64,000 bases of DNA from Octopus vulgaris (GCA_951406725.2 OX597815.1:91016001-91080000); one strand, 5' to 3'; positions 26,055 through 40,260 are shown, counted from the stretch's first letter. Notes: generated by a model from the sequence alone, not told the origin. Numbers and translations: made by a program.

Positions 26055-26297
26055 AAAGAAGAGATAAAATGTTTAAAAAATTTCATCATTGGCCAGCATA
26101 TAAAAATAAACCTATTAAGGTGAAATCATATTTATAATTATAATTAAGGGTATAGAAAAAATCTAGCCTGTATGCTGAAAAGAGACACTAGGCTACATTT
26201 TTTTCATACCCTTAATTATGATTGGAAATATGATTTCATCTAAATAGGTCTATTTCCATATGCTGGCCAATGATGACATTTTTTAAAGATTTTATCC

Positions 26298-26306
<9 letters not shown>
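26047..26306. mobile_element. (TA)n-embedded fold-back element C, diverged arms 26063-26169 and 26190-26296
   Basis: Inverted arms with multiple mismatches. Shares ggccagcatat..aaata..cct with elements B and E. Confidence 0.8.
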
Positions 26307-26361
<55 letters not shown>

Positions 26362-26365
<4 letters not shown>

Positions 26366-27295
26366 AGAAAATGGAACAAGAACGCAACAGATGACAATAA
26401 AATATCCGGTCAGATGGACGATACGAAGATGGACTGGTCAAAACATGGACGAGCTATTCGTGGGCTTCTCTAATCAGTCAAGTTTACAGATTTTCCTTAC
26501 AGTTTTGGCCGGTTACACTTGAGATTCTTCAAACCTAGTTGGCCCCCAAAATCTAAGCTAAGAGCATTAAATATTTTGGGAGAAAGCAAGCAAATGTGTA
26601 CGACAACAACGACAAAAAAAAACAAACACGAAGACGGAGTAAATATTACTTAATTACAAACAAGTAAATAACAACAGGTTTCTTTCGACTAATAGAGACG
26701 AATCAAGTTGAGCTGGCGTGTATGGAGTAAAAGCCTTTAAGCAGGAACATAGATGAATATCGGAGATGAAAGTCAGGAGACAGGAATAAGAGATACTTCG
26801 TGTTCGGCAGTCAGGCCAAGAAAGAAAGATCATGCTTGACCAAACACCGATCACGTGGAATAAAAGGAGAGATGTTGGGGAAAAGGGATTGAAGAATTAG
26901 GGTGAGGACAGGTATGTTATATTTTCCGTTTGTTGTCTTTATATTTAATCCTGAATATATTATGTAAGACACGCATCCATTAACTTTTTACCCATTAGTA
27001 GAAATATTCTTGGAATATGTTTGTGCCACTCTGTCTCTTCCTTTACTTTGCTTCTCTTATTTCTCCTCTCTCTCCCTCTCACTTTCTTACTTTGTTACCG
27101 TCTTCCCACTATCACGTGATCCGTGACAGCCTAAGGCGGTGTCATTCTTTTTCGCATTACCTTCGACCGGACTGGACACGACTTTCTTAGCTCACTTCTC
27201 TTATTTCCCCCTCTCTCCCTCTCTCCATCCCTCTCTCTTTCGCTGTCAGCCTTTCTCTGTTACCCACCTCCCACTATCACGTGATCCATGACGGA
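26362..27295 (-). mobile_element. degraded Penelope-like remnant adjacent to (TA)n
   Basis: Starts at a TA tract. The minus frame near 26690-26860 loosely resembles a GIY-YIG C-terminal end. Internal direct repeat tcccactatcacgtgatcc at about 27104 and 27269. Confidence 0.35.
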
Positions 27296-27352
27296 ACAAT
27301 AATGCAAAATAACAAACCTGCAAGGAATAGTACTAAATTCAGAATGACAAAT

Positions 27353-27600
27353 CTACAAGTAATGCTTTAAGTTAGGAATTGCCAAACTAGTGTGTGAGCA
27401 TCTATTAATATTTCTTGCAGTATCCAAATTCCAAAACGTATCCATTTGGATATATGGATATATCTTGAACATGTTCATTATCGTACATACATCTACAAGT
27501 TCTCTCGTAGTGTTCCGATGGTTTCCCCTTATCAACTGGATATCATGTTGCTTTGGCTGTGCTTTTTCAACCATTTCCTCAGACTATACTTAGATTATAG
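27353..27600 (-). pseudogene. possible very degraded CR1/L2-type LINE 3' end
   Basis: VEKAQ.....LI........LV......MFKI loosely follows the LEKVQRRATKLI...DLI..FKI pattern; weak. Confidence 0.2.
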
Positions 27601-28259
27601 TGAAAATACAAGTTTGTGCAAGCCAGAAATTTTTCTATTGAGAGGAAAGCATAGGGTGTTTTGTTAGGCTTCTCTCGGAAATGGCAGTACTTTTCTGAGA
27701 AAGTTGTTTTGTTAGCCGATAAATTCATTTTCAACAAAACAAAACCAAAATAGGACATCGTGATCAAGTCCACTCATAAGAAACACTATATATAGTTCGA
27801 GAGTCTGAGAGTTGCAGAGAGTGTGGAGTCACCCATTAGTTATCATTACTCTAAGGTCCGTTCAGACCCGGAACGGCTGTAACCGCCATGGTCCCATTTA
27901 TAGGTTAAATAGAATTCCAAGAGATAGAGGAGGCTCCAGTCATTTCTGACAAAGCAGTGTAGAAGGTAGTTTTTTTAGGAGAAAGACGACGATCGAGAGA
28001 GACAAAATTGATGTATAAGCTTTTGGCAATTTAATGATGTATGTGAGACGGTTATCATCTGAGAAGATGATACAATCATCATATACATACATTGATACAC
28101 ATACGCACGCACTCACACAAACACGCACATGCACATGCTCACACACACACACACACACACACGGACGCACATACACACACACATACATATATGTTTAAGA
28201 TGGTTTAGAAATTAAAGAATTAAAGGTAATGCTATGCATCTTCGTAGTAAACCTTATTT

Positions 28260-28297
<38 letters not shown>

Positions 28298-29510
28298 ATG
28301 AAACTATTTTTTGTCAGATTGTTTTCATGTAGATTAATCATTCAGAGTTATATTTATGCCTTGTAACTTCTGCTGAGATTCACACAAGTTACATTTATCA
28401 TCGATTTTTGCGAAATGAAATCATTCAAAATTGTTTGCCAGAATGTGCAGAAAACAACTATTTACACATTGAATATCAAATGTTTAGAAGTTAACTTGTC
28501 TGCTTACAGAAGATTATTTTCAAACTTGAATTTTATCCTACTCTTTCTAACTTACAGGAGCAACAGAAAACACATCTGGCTTTTCACCACCTTCAAACTA
28601 GTCTGTTCTCCTTTATCAATTATGTTTCATATTACTTGCATTAGAACTTAAAATACAAATGAAAATAAATCTCTCTTTACTTTATATCAGTTGTTCGATA
28701 TCGTTCCATTGGCTACTATATTTATGTTAATGTAAAAAAAAAATGTTTGAAAAATCCGTTGTGCTGTCAAGTAAGAAGTTAGACAAAATATATAAAGTGC
28801 TGTCAATGACTAAAAATAAGGAGAGAAGATAAGGTATTACATTACAATGGCCCTGTAATATTTTGGGAAAGTTGCCCTTTGCTTTTGTCCATTCGGAAAG
28901 GGAAGTGTTTTCCGAAATATAGAATCATTCAGCAATTATTTAGGATAAATACGCCTATTTTCTTTGTTTATATTCATTTACATAACCAAACATATTCTGC
29001 CTAACTCTTGACATGCATCACTGAAAATTCATTCAAATATTTATCGCATTTACACCTATTGCAACGTTTCAAAGCATCAATGCTATTAAAACGCTGTTTT
29101 ATATTTGTGATATTTGCGATGATTAATATGTCTGCTTATCTGTTTCATACGGGCATTATGAGCGCGTTGTTGCTACGTGCAATTCAATTTTAGAGTTATC
29201 TTGTCCATTCCTACATACACACAAACACACGCACGCACGCACGCACACACACACACACACACACACACGCACATACACAAAGCTGTCGTGTCAAGCTAAC
29301 GGGAATATTTCTCACATATTCCATGAACAGTTTGAAACTTTTGAAAAGGGCTATTTTAACACAAATTGGCAGGTCTAATTAAATATTTGATGTCCGATTT
29401 GGTTCCTCAATTCTTCCATAACACAAGTGTTCTACCTATCTCATGATAGAAAGCTATATGTGTATGTGCCTCTGTGTGTCTGTGTAAGCGCACGCGCACG
29501 TGTATGTATG

Positions 29511-29575
<65 letters not shown>

Positions 29576-29779
29576 ATGCTTATATGTATATGTGTGAGTA
29601 TAGACGGAGTAGTACCAAGCGCTAATACATTAATGTGTATAAATACAGACTTGTAACCACTTCAACTAGCCTTGAGACATATTCGAACCCATAAGAAAAC
29701 CGTTCACTGTATTTTTTCATGGAGAGCATCGCTTGCTGCACACAAACGTGTGTAAACACATCAAGTCAGTATATATATA

Positions 29780-30430
29780 CAATGATGACTTTTGAACAGA
29801 AGTCCGGATCAACTCCCAGCTGTTCTTTCACTTCATGACACGCATTTAGTCGTGACTGCTTTTGATGTTCCGTGAGCAAGCGAAGCACACATTTTGCTAC
29901 AACCCTTTTCATTCGCAACTCTTCGCTCATAATTCGTTGCCAGGAGCTCCAGGATAGTGCGTCAATTGTTCGGTGACGGTCCTCCCATTTCAATTCATGA
30001 ATTTTCATGACGTTTTTTATTGGTTCGGCAGGTCGATAATCACCCTGGACGAGGTTGGTCCTCAAACGACAATTGACCATTCTTAAAGCGGGAAACCTAC
30101 TCGTAAATCTTTGTTTCGCTCATAGAAGCATCCTTTTAAGCTGTCTGAAGCATGACAACTGCTTCAGCCGCCGTTTCCCCAGAGGAAAACAGAATTTCAC
30201 GGCTGCATGATGTTCCTTCGTTTCAGCCATCGCAAAAAACGACGAACATGAGAGAAGCACTACAAAACAAAGACACACCACGAGGTAGTATGACCCCACT
30301 GGACAACGCCAGTTGGGAGACTGATGTCTGAGGGTTGCATCAAGTGGCTTCTGGCGGCGGAAGCCTGAACTACAATGGGCTTGTCCCACAATGAACGTGT
30401 GTGTGTGTCTGTGTCCTAGAAAATCACGGC
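29780..30430 (-). mobile_element. mariner transposase N-terminal half (truncated, frameshifted)
   Basis: MAETKEHHAAVKFCFPLGK and NVMKIHELKWEDRHRTID...SWSSWQRIMSEELRMKRVVAKCVLRLLTEHQKQSRLNAC...DPDFCSKVII. Confidence 0.85.
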
Positions 30431-30444
30431 ACACACATACACAT

Positions 30445-30660
30445 GTGAAGGCGGGTGGCATAATGGTTAAGGCTGTTGCACTAACGATCTTGAGATCGTG
30501 GTTTCGATTCCCAGACCGGCTGCGTGTTGTATTGTTGAGTAATATAGTTAGTTTCCTGTTGTTCCAGTCTACTCAGTTTTAAATGGGTGGCATCATTCGA
30601 AAGCCGAAACAATGCATTGTGATCAACGATGTATAACAGCATGCGATAATCTAGTCGATC
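30445..30660 (+). mobile_element. tRNA-derived SINE, diverged
   Basis: gtgaaggcgggtggcataatggttaagg...gtggtttcgattcccagaccgg A/B-box head. Confidence 0.7.
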
Positions 30661-30724
30661 AAGGGATCACATGTTATACATATATGTAGACTTTTGCATA
30701 TATATTTATAAACATACCTGCATG

Positions 30725-30769
<45 letters not shown>

Positions 30770-30793
30770 TCTTACAATTCTCAGCAGCATGTA

Positions 30794-31083
30794 GGCTAGT
30801 TGAAATATGCTTGTGACATATTTCAACTGCTAAAAGCAAATACACTGCAGTTACCGTGGAGAATAAATATCTCTTAAGGTAAAAAGGTGTGAAAACACCA
30901 GTTCTTTCAATGTCGCCCTCTATTAGAAATCTCAAACATCGATGTTTCGTCAATGCGATGTACCTAAGAGACGCAACTCTGAACGAACTTAAAAAGCTAT
31001 GGCCTTATGTATAATCCAGTCAATACATTGACTGATTTGCCTTTTATCAGTTGAAATATGTCACAAACGTATTTCAGCTAGCC
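30794..31083. mobile_element. MITE with about 50-bp TIRs that are themselves palindromic
   Basis: ggctagttgaaatatgcttgtgacatatttcaactgctaaaagcaaat / atttgccttttatcagttgaaatatgtcacaaacgtatttcagctagcc, TA on both sides. Confidence 0.8.
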
Positions 31084-32402
31084 TAAATTTTATTCATACC
31101 TTAAACACTGCTTCGCGCTAACGTTTCGTTCTTATAATTATATTTTTTATATATTTGTTAATTTTAGTTTTGTTATTTTGCTGTGAATATCTATTCATAT
31201 AAGTTTTATATATTTTAGAACGTCGCTACCAAAAATTAATGAATATTTATTACTCTAAAAGTAGTTCAAAACACCTAATCAATCGTTCAAAATGGATTCA
31301 TGAAATAAATTGGAACCCTTTCGGCTATGTCTCCATTTTAAGACCTACGTAGGTCTCGAAGGCCAAGCAATGTCAGTGAAACACAACCATCACGTTAATG
31401 CAATTTATATGACTCGTTCCTGTTTTTTAATGGACTCTCCTTTAAAAGACGAACGGGTTTTGTTAGTCATTGAGCGTTCATTCTGGAAAAGAAATGTATG
31501 TATATATAAGTATGTATGCAAATACGTATGTGCATATGTATCGTCATACATACAAGAGTGAAAATGAAAATGTGAAGGAAAAAATGACTGTGCAAAACAT
31601 TTCTTTACCATCTTTATTTCATCTTCTTTATTTTTATATGACGCTATTCGTACTAATAGCAAAGCAGAAGCTTATTATACACCTAAATATTCACATGCAA
31701 AACACAAGACTATGGTTTTCCCCAGCCTAGCATCCAATCATTACCCGAAATCATATTAAACGTTTTCGCTTTTTTCTTTCAGGAAGAAGCTGTTTATACT
31801 CTGCAGATGCTTCACCATTCATTGTCATCTGTTACCCTCGGAGTAACTGTTAATGAAGTTTTCAGATTAGCGTACAATAAATATTGAGTGCTTGTTATTG
31901 TTCTGTAAGTCGATCCATTTCTTTGTGCCATACCATACATAAACAATGCGCAACTGTGTGTGAGTGTGAATATATAAATACATGCACACACGAGAGAGGG
32001 AGAGGCAGGAGGAGAGAGCGAGAGAGAAAGATGGGGAGCGAAAGAGAAACAGCGAGAGAGAAATGATTAAGAAAGAGGAACACACATGGAAATCAACTGC
32101 CAATTTATAAAATCGCGCAAACATATGCATATTTGTCTGAATTTAATTGCCGAAATGTCCGGTTCTGTTGTTCTGTAAATAAAACTGTTTCTGGCTTTGT
32201 AGCACTTATGAGTTATTATGAAATCGCATCAATTGTGTTCAATGGAATTCTGAACATTCTTAAACGATTTCAGTTGAGTCATAATAAGAATGAGGCCTTT
32301 GAGTGTTTTTCGTAATATATTCAAGGTTATGCTAATCAGTGTTTCGGTATCTTATCCATATAAATAAATATACACGCGTGCGCACACACACACATACATA
32401 CA

Positions 32403-32434
<32 letters not shown>

Positions 32435-32989
32435 CTGCCTGTTGTTATTCATTCTGGGGCGTTTTAACCTCAAAATTTATATTACACAATTTCAAAAAGT
32501 ATATATTTATTCCGACAATTTCATTTCTTACCAATTATGGGACTTTATAGTTTTAAATTCAGTTTTACATTATTATATTTTGCGTCGTATTCTTGAGCTA
32601 ACTAATTATTGGCTGCAGGGTTTGTTTAAATATCTATTTAAATTCAGTAATTGTTAGAAGGTTAATTTTCGCATACGACTATTATTATTTTTATAAAACT
32701 TAATTATTGTTTCGCTAAAACTAAATAATTTGTCAATATCAATCTCAGAAAATTTTTCAATTTCAAACTTACAGCGGATCATTTTAATAATTAGTGGTTA
32801 TTAGATTTGTACATTAAAAGTCATACTTCCTTTTACCCTACAATGACAAACATAATAATAATTTCGTCTCAGCAGAATTAGTGTGGACAGCAAATTTCTA
32901 TATGCAGCATTTATTACACATAAGCTTAATTGCTATTTTCAACAATAGATAGATAGATAGATATATTGACAGATAGATAAATGTATGTA

Positions 32990-33046
32990 CATATATATAT
33001 AATATATACATATATGTATATGTATACACATACACACACATATATG

Positions 33047-33102
<56 letters not shown>

Positions 33103-33159
33103 CATGCATATATATACATATATATACATATATATATATATATACATGCATATATATAC

Positions 33160-33237
<78 letters not shown>

Positions 33238-33288
33238 GCATATATATACATATATATACATATATATATATATATACATATATATATA
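32990..33288. repeat. (TA)n tract with higher-order tacatgcatatatatacatatatatacata units
   Basis: Direct reading. Confidence 0.9.
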
Positions 33289-33327
33289 CGAAAGAATGTT
33301 TGAAAATGCAATTTAAAAGATGTTTAT

Positions 33328-33372
33328 TTACTTAACCGGTTTCACTCTTTGGAAAAAGATTGTCAAAAGTAA
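33328..33372 (-). ncRNA. hammerhead-like motif with U3-A8 core (left-arm copy)
   Basis: Reverse complement of 34055-34099. Confidence 0.55.
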
Positions 33373-34054
33373 CATTGAATATTATGAATTCAAAAAAGTT
33401 TTTTACATAATTGCCACATTGAATATTATGAACTCAAAAAGTTTTTTTACATAATTGTCACATTACATGTATAAATATAGTGTTTGGTAACAGAGATATG
33501 TGAAGGGCATAAAGAAGTTCAACAGTGTGATGAGAATATTTGGAAAAATTGGCAGAAAAGAATAAAACAAATATAAACAAAACAAAACTGGGTACTTTTC
33601 TCTCAATTCAACATTTCTGCTAAAACGAACAGGTCAGTAAAAACAAACTCTCGCCTTCAATTCAAAATATTCTGAGATGTATAAAATATTCATTTTAATT
33701 TTTTTGTGTCAATATTACAAATTTTCTCACCATACTATTGCACTTCCTTATGTCTTTAACATGTCCTTTCTACCAAAGACTGTATATATATACATGTAAT
33801 GTGACAATTTGCAACAACCAATAATTAACGCAACCAAATTTCCAATAATATATTTGTTTTATTCTTTTCTGCCAATTTTTCCAAATATTCTCATCACACT
33901 GTTGAACTTCTTTATGCCCTTAACATATCTCTGTTACCAAACACTATATTTATACATGTAATGTGACAATTATGTAAAAAAACTTTTTTGAATTCATAAT
34001 ATTTAATGTGACAATTATGTAAAAAAAACTTTTTTGAATTGATAATATTCAATG

Positions 34055-34099
34055 TTACTTTTGACAATCTTTTTCCAAAGAGTGAAACCGGTTAAGTAA
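34055..34099 (+). ncRNA. hammerhead-like motif with U3-A8 core
   Basis: ttactt TTGACAA tcttt-ttcc-aaaga gt GAAAC cg GTT aagtaa: 6-bp stem I, 5-bp stem II, palindromic AACCGGTT. Confidence 0.55.
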
Positions 34100-34180
34100 A
34101 TAAACATCTTTTAAATTGCATTTTCAAACCTTCTTTCGTATATAATTCCACTCGTGCGATACCCCACAACTCAACTTTGT

Positions 34181-34253
<73 letters not shown>

Positions 34254-34254
34254 G

Positions 34255-35042
<788 letters not shown>

Positions 35043-35049
35043 ATGCCAT

Positions 35050-35245
35050 GATAGATCGTTAGCTCCTACACGCATTTTTTTCTCTGCTTGTTTCTCTCCT
35101 TGTTCTTTCTGTGTATCTTTCTGTCGAAGAGCATAGGCTCGAAACGTAAAAGACTTTTTCTATTCCTGAGCGCTATACTAATACGTTTGTTTATTTGTAC
35201 TCCACCTGCCTTCGTCTTTTGTTTATTTTCGTAAACTTTCCCTTT

Positions 35246-35246
<1 letters not shown>
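35050..35246 (+). mobile_element. short hammerhead-bearing element ending in (TA)n
   Basis: Homologous to 23076-23300. Confidence 0.65.
35116..35153 (+). ncRNA. minimal hammerhead motif (A6U variant)
   Basis: tcttt CTGTCGA a gagc-atag-gctc GAAAC GTA aaaga; 5-bp stem I. Confidence 0.55.
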
Positions 35247-35315
<69 letters not shown>

Positions 35316-35637
35316 GCCGATCAGACTGAAGAGGCTGCGGCGATAGTCGAACCTGACCGATCAGTCTGGGAATATCTTTACCGCTGTTTTTCGGGCTATT
35401 ACGGTCTCTGTCAGCATGTATGCATACACTTATGTGCATTGAATGCATTATTAGAGCGTTTATTTCTTATTTCTGGCAATGTAGGTGTTTATAACACCCT
35501 CATTCATATTTAATGACGGTTATAGCTCTCCTTGTTGGTACACATCTGCTTACTGCTGCTTAAATAAATTCTGTGTGTGTGTGTGTGTGTGTGGATATCT
35601 ATATATATATATATAAATACACATACACACACACACA

Positions 35638-35823
35638 CTATGTGTGCGGGGCGCGTTTGAGAAAGGCGCTAACGTTTGTGTCTGCCACACCAATGCCGAG
35701 TCAATGGGCAAGTTCAAGAAGGTACTCGAAGATCTTCCCGGGTACACACTGAAGAACGCATGCGCCAGATTCCAAAGCCGTCTTGAGGCCATGATGGAAG
35801 CTGAGGGTGGCTACTTTAAGTAA
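35638..35823 (+). pseudogene. Tc1/IS630-like transposase C-terminal fragment
   Basis: Translates ...KFKKVLEDLPGYTLKNACARFQSRLEAMMEAEGGYFK-stop, a typical ACxxFRxRLEAVVxAxGGYFE ending. Confidence 0.75.
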
Positions 35824-36602
35824 ACTGTTATCTCCCAGCCATTATCTGGTTGATAATGATTTTTTAAAACACTTTTATTTTTAGACGAGATGTTGTTTTC
35901 TTATCCTTTTACACAAACTTTCGCATTTGGCCCTGAGTTTTGACATAATTTTTATTGCATTCATACAGAGATTAGTATGATATATATAAATACAGAAAAC
36001 AATATTCAGTTTATAAAACCCTGCTAATACATGCATAGTGAAACGAGCATATAGTCAAGCTATTCTTTGAAATATTTGTTTTATTACGATACATTCTGTC
36101 AAGGCGGTGAACCCGCAAAACCTTTATGCATTTTGATATTTGCTCCGGCTCTTTATGTTCTGACTACATTTCCCTAAATATATGTGTATGTGCACTCGCG
36201 CGCGTGAGTGTGTGTGTGAGTGTGTGTGTGTGTGTGTGGTCTTATAAGTGACGTCTCAAACAACATAACTTACGAATGAAATAAATTCACTATTGAAACG
36301 TTTTAAATCATTTACCATTACTTTCAGGAAAACAGTTGTCAGGTGGATATACTAGTTGAGTATATCCACTAGTAGCTGTTTTTCTAGTTGAAAGCGCTTT
36401 AAACTACTACTGAAGGCGGTAGTATTAGATATGTACCTCAGTTGACGTAGCATTTGTCAGCTGATGCCTGGCAAAACAAAGTTTTTAGAAATGGAAAAAT
36501 TATTATTATGTATGTATATATTTATGTATGTATATCATTTCTTTTATTTCTTTCAGTCATTTCACTGCTGCTATCCTAGAGAACCGCCTTTAGTCTCTCT
36601 CT

Positions 36603-36642
<40 letters not shown>

Positions 36643-36895
36643 TACTCATATAGGATGAAGTTTTTTTTCTACAGAAAAATTTCCATCAAAAAATGTGGCA
36701 GCATATTAAAATACCTTTACGGTTAAAATTATAAACAACTTATAAGTAAGGGCTAAAGAAAATTATTTCAATGCCAATATGCTGATAACAGACTATTAAA
36801 TCGTCAATTTCCTCATATAATTTACTCGCTACAGAAAAAACCGAAGAACTGAAGTCGGGCAAGCCGACCGATAGAATTTTTTAAAAATTCGTTAT

Positions 36896-36955
36896 TTCTA
36901 TATTGAATCCATTTCGGAATTAATCTCATAAAAGACTTATTCCTCCTCAGTAGAA
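36896..36955 (-). ncRNA. hammerhead ribozyme motif, canonical core, long loop II
   Basis: Minus: ttcta CTGAGGA ggaa-taagtcttttatgagattaa-ttcc GAAAT ggattca ATA tagaa. Confidence 0.75.
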
Positions 36956-37162
36956 CTTACGAATGGATATAAATAAGATACTTACATGCGCCCAGGGGAC
37001 TGGTAACCATTATAACCTGTAGTGGCGAACAGTCAACACGTTGTACTGAGGCTGACCAAAGAATTTTATTTTTAGATATATCTGGGGTACTTAAATGTAC
37101 ACATGTTTTTTGCTTTGGCTTTTTCCATTTTAATAAGTATCTTATTTATATCCATTCGTAAG

Positions 37163-37208
37163 TTCTACTGAGGAGGAAGATTAATTCCGAAATGGATTCA
37201 ATATAGAA
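37163..37208 (+). ncRNA. hammerhead ribozyme motif, canonical core, short loop II
   Basis: ttcta CTGAGGA ggaa-gattaa-ttcc GAAAT ggattca ATA tagaa. Predicted cleavage after 37203. Confidence 0.75.
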
Positions 37209-37409
37209 ATAACGAATTTTAAAAAAATTCTATCGGCCGGCTTGCCCGACTTCAGTTCTTCGGTTTTTTCTGTAGCGAGTAAATTATATGAGGAAATTGA
37301 CGATTTAATTGTCTGTTATCAGCATATTGGCATTGAAATAATTTTCTTTAGCCCTTACTCATAAGTTGGTTATATATATATATATATATATATACATACA
37401 TATATATAC

Positions 37410-37460
<51 letters not shown>

Positions 37461-38932
37461 CATACATACATACATACATACATACATACATACATACATA
37501 CATACATACATACATGTATATGTATATACATACATGTATATGTATAAGAGTTTTGTCAGTCTATCCAACTTAAGGAAATACTGAATGAATACATAAATAC
37601 AGGCTCGTGCTACCTCTTTTAGCCTTTAAGTTTTATATCTTACTATATATTATCAGAAGATTTTCGAACGTGTCCTCTTGTAAGTATTAGTCTTTTATGG
37701 AAAGTGAGCTGGCTCAAGAATAATATTACCTATATTTCCGACCCCCACAAAGCTCTTAAAATAAATTAGTCTCCTGAGATCATTTATGTCCCGCGGTCCC
37801 TCTCCTTAAATGTAAGTGAGGCCTTTGTAAGTTTAATAGATATGCATTTTCTCACCACACATTTAAAAATAGTTTTAGCTGCACTACCAAAATGAAAAGT
37901 CTTGTAGTCCATAAGCGCACCTTAAACACAGTGATTGGCTGCTAATTCCCACTGAAAGGATCCTTTAACACACAAGCTATCGTATATAGACGGAGGTCAA
38001 ATCTATAAATATAGACCGTAGCACTACCGAAACTCGATAAATTGATGACAGATGCTGTTAAAAAAATTGCAGCCACGCCTTTTTTTTTTCGTTAGAAGCA
38101 GTGAAAAACGAAATGGAACAATACTAAATCTGGTTTATGAAAGAGAAATCTGGGAAACAAAACATTATCTGGAGAATTGGCGAAAATTGTAATCTGTACA
38201 TCATTGTTTTCAAATGTTTATGCCTCAGCACAGCATAAATAAAGACGACCACTACAACTGCTAAAAATAATTTGGATCCCAAATCGTAAACATTCAGTAC
38301 TTGCAAACACGATGATAAATTTCTCAGTCACTCTAAATAAGACAACAGATGGCAAACTGGCAAACTGAAACTCGAGCGCAGAAGTTACACTTAGTTTTAG
38401 AAAATAATTTTTCTTTCTTTCTTTCGGTTCTCTTTTCTTTGATGTCCGTTTTCTCATGTTCTTTTTCCTATTATTTGTCCCTTTTTGACTTTTCTATTCT
38501 ATCCCTTTCTGTTATCAAACTGTGCTTCATAATTAACATTTATCGCTGTTTCTTTATCAATACGCTATAAAAAATATTTAAGTTTATTTCAACAGATCGG
38601 GTTTCGGTGTAGGCAATGCCATTTTTGTGGCTTTCATTAAATTTAGGAATAAATTTAGAAATAAATTTAGAAATAAATTTTGCGTATATTTCCTCAGAAT
38701 ATTTATAATACGAACGTAAGGCTTACATTCTTTGCTCATAACACGGCACACGGTGTACAAATCAATCCAGTTTGATGGTCATGAACACAACCACTCTGAG
38801 TGCCTTTGAATGATTTTGAAATTATAAGTGAAATGTATTGACACGCATTCACAAACATACGCACACACATTCCCTCTCCCTTTCCCTCTCTCTCTCTCTC
38901 ACTCACACACACATACTCACACACACACAGTT

Positions 38933-38984
<52 letters not shown>

Positions 38985-39394
38985 GTGTGTGTGTATGTAA
39001 GTGTGTGTGTGTGTGTAAACATATTATTCTATAATTATATACATATTTTAAATCACTCGTGAATTTATCTGGAATATTATACTGAAGAGAATAATAGGTA
39101 GTTATATTTTATTTTAAGTTCGAAACGTATCTGTAATTAACCACTGCCTTGTTAATTCATCATATTTCTTTTGCTACATTAATAGTGTGTTATTTTCTCG
39201 AAGATTTTATGGCAATAAAAAGGACATTAGCGCCTATTTCTAATTCAGTACGTGGTGAGGCACATAGTTGACCCCTTGTTATAATTATGTATATAATTAT
39301 AGAATAATTTGTAAAATTTACCTAAAAGGTTTTTTATTTACGTACTGACTCCCTGGTAAAATTATTACTAACTTTACCCTATATTATTAAAATT

Positions 39395-39413
39395 ATATGT
39401 ATACATATGTATG

Positions 39414-39500
<87 letters not shown>
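39395..39500. repeat. (TA)n microsatellite
   Basis: Direct reading. Confidence 0.95.
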
Positions 39501-39503
<3 letters not shown>

Positions 39504-40174
39504 CTATTCCAATAGAGATAATCACCTATAACTTTATTAATCTCCTTCAATATATTAAAAAATATACTTCTTCGAGGTTTTGTTCAATCTAAGATAATAA
39601 TATTTTCCTTTTCTATTTCCATGCGTTGATTGTGGAGGTTATGTGGAGAATTTTTGAGACAAGGCTAGTGTAAATATGATTATTGTGTACCGTTTAAAAT
39701 ATCAGATCTGCCCATTTAGACATAATATCATATTTTGTGTTCTTAAATTGAAGGTTTGTGTACAGCTACTCTTTGACTACCTCGTTTTCCAATATAATTC
39801 CTGTTACAATCGGAACAGGATATTACATATTTTCATATTGTGATATTGTCATGTCTTTATCCCTTACTGAAATACGTTTACGTGCGTGAGGTGTATATGC
39901 GTGTGGATGTCTGTGCTTGTATGTGCGTGTCTATTGTGTTTTTCTGTTGAACGTGCATTTGACTATTGCCTGTGAACATTCAAGCAACATGAAATTCTCA
40001 TATTTTTGTAAGCATCTCTATTTTTCTTCGCCTATTATGTTGGTTTTACAAAATATAATAGTATTCGATTTTATTTTAAGCATAATAACTTAAAATATAT
40101 CCTTTAATTCAATGCAAAAATAAGACCATTGAATGCAATGAAAATGTTATTTTCGATTCATTCTACATCTCTCA

Positions 40175-40196
40175 CAACAACAACAACAACAACAAC

Positions 40197-40255
<59 letters not shown>

Positions 40256-40260
40256 ACAAT
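40175..40260. repeat. (CAA)n(TAA)n microsatellite
   Basis: Direct reading. Confidence 0.95.

Larger units (their letters stand above)
33285..34180. mobile_element. (TA)n-embedded fold-back element D, arms 33285-33574 and 33849-34142
   Basis: About 290-bp near-identical inverted arms and a 275-bp spacer. Each arm holds an about 44-bp tandem duplication and a hammerhead-like motif. Confidence 0.9.
36652..37373. mobile_element. (TA)n-embedded fold-back element E, arms 36731-36984 and 37134-37373
   Basis: About 245-bp near-identical arms differing mainly by a 14-nt indel, a 150-bp spacer and an 80-bp left extension. Same family as B and C. Confidence 0.9.

Noticed and set aside
36342-36370. Short hairpin gtggatatact-agttg-agtatatccac
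   Set aside because: Isolated 11-bp stem with no supporting context; not at a Helitron CTAG end I can define.
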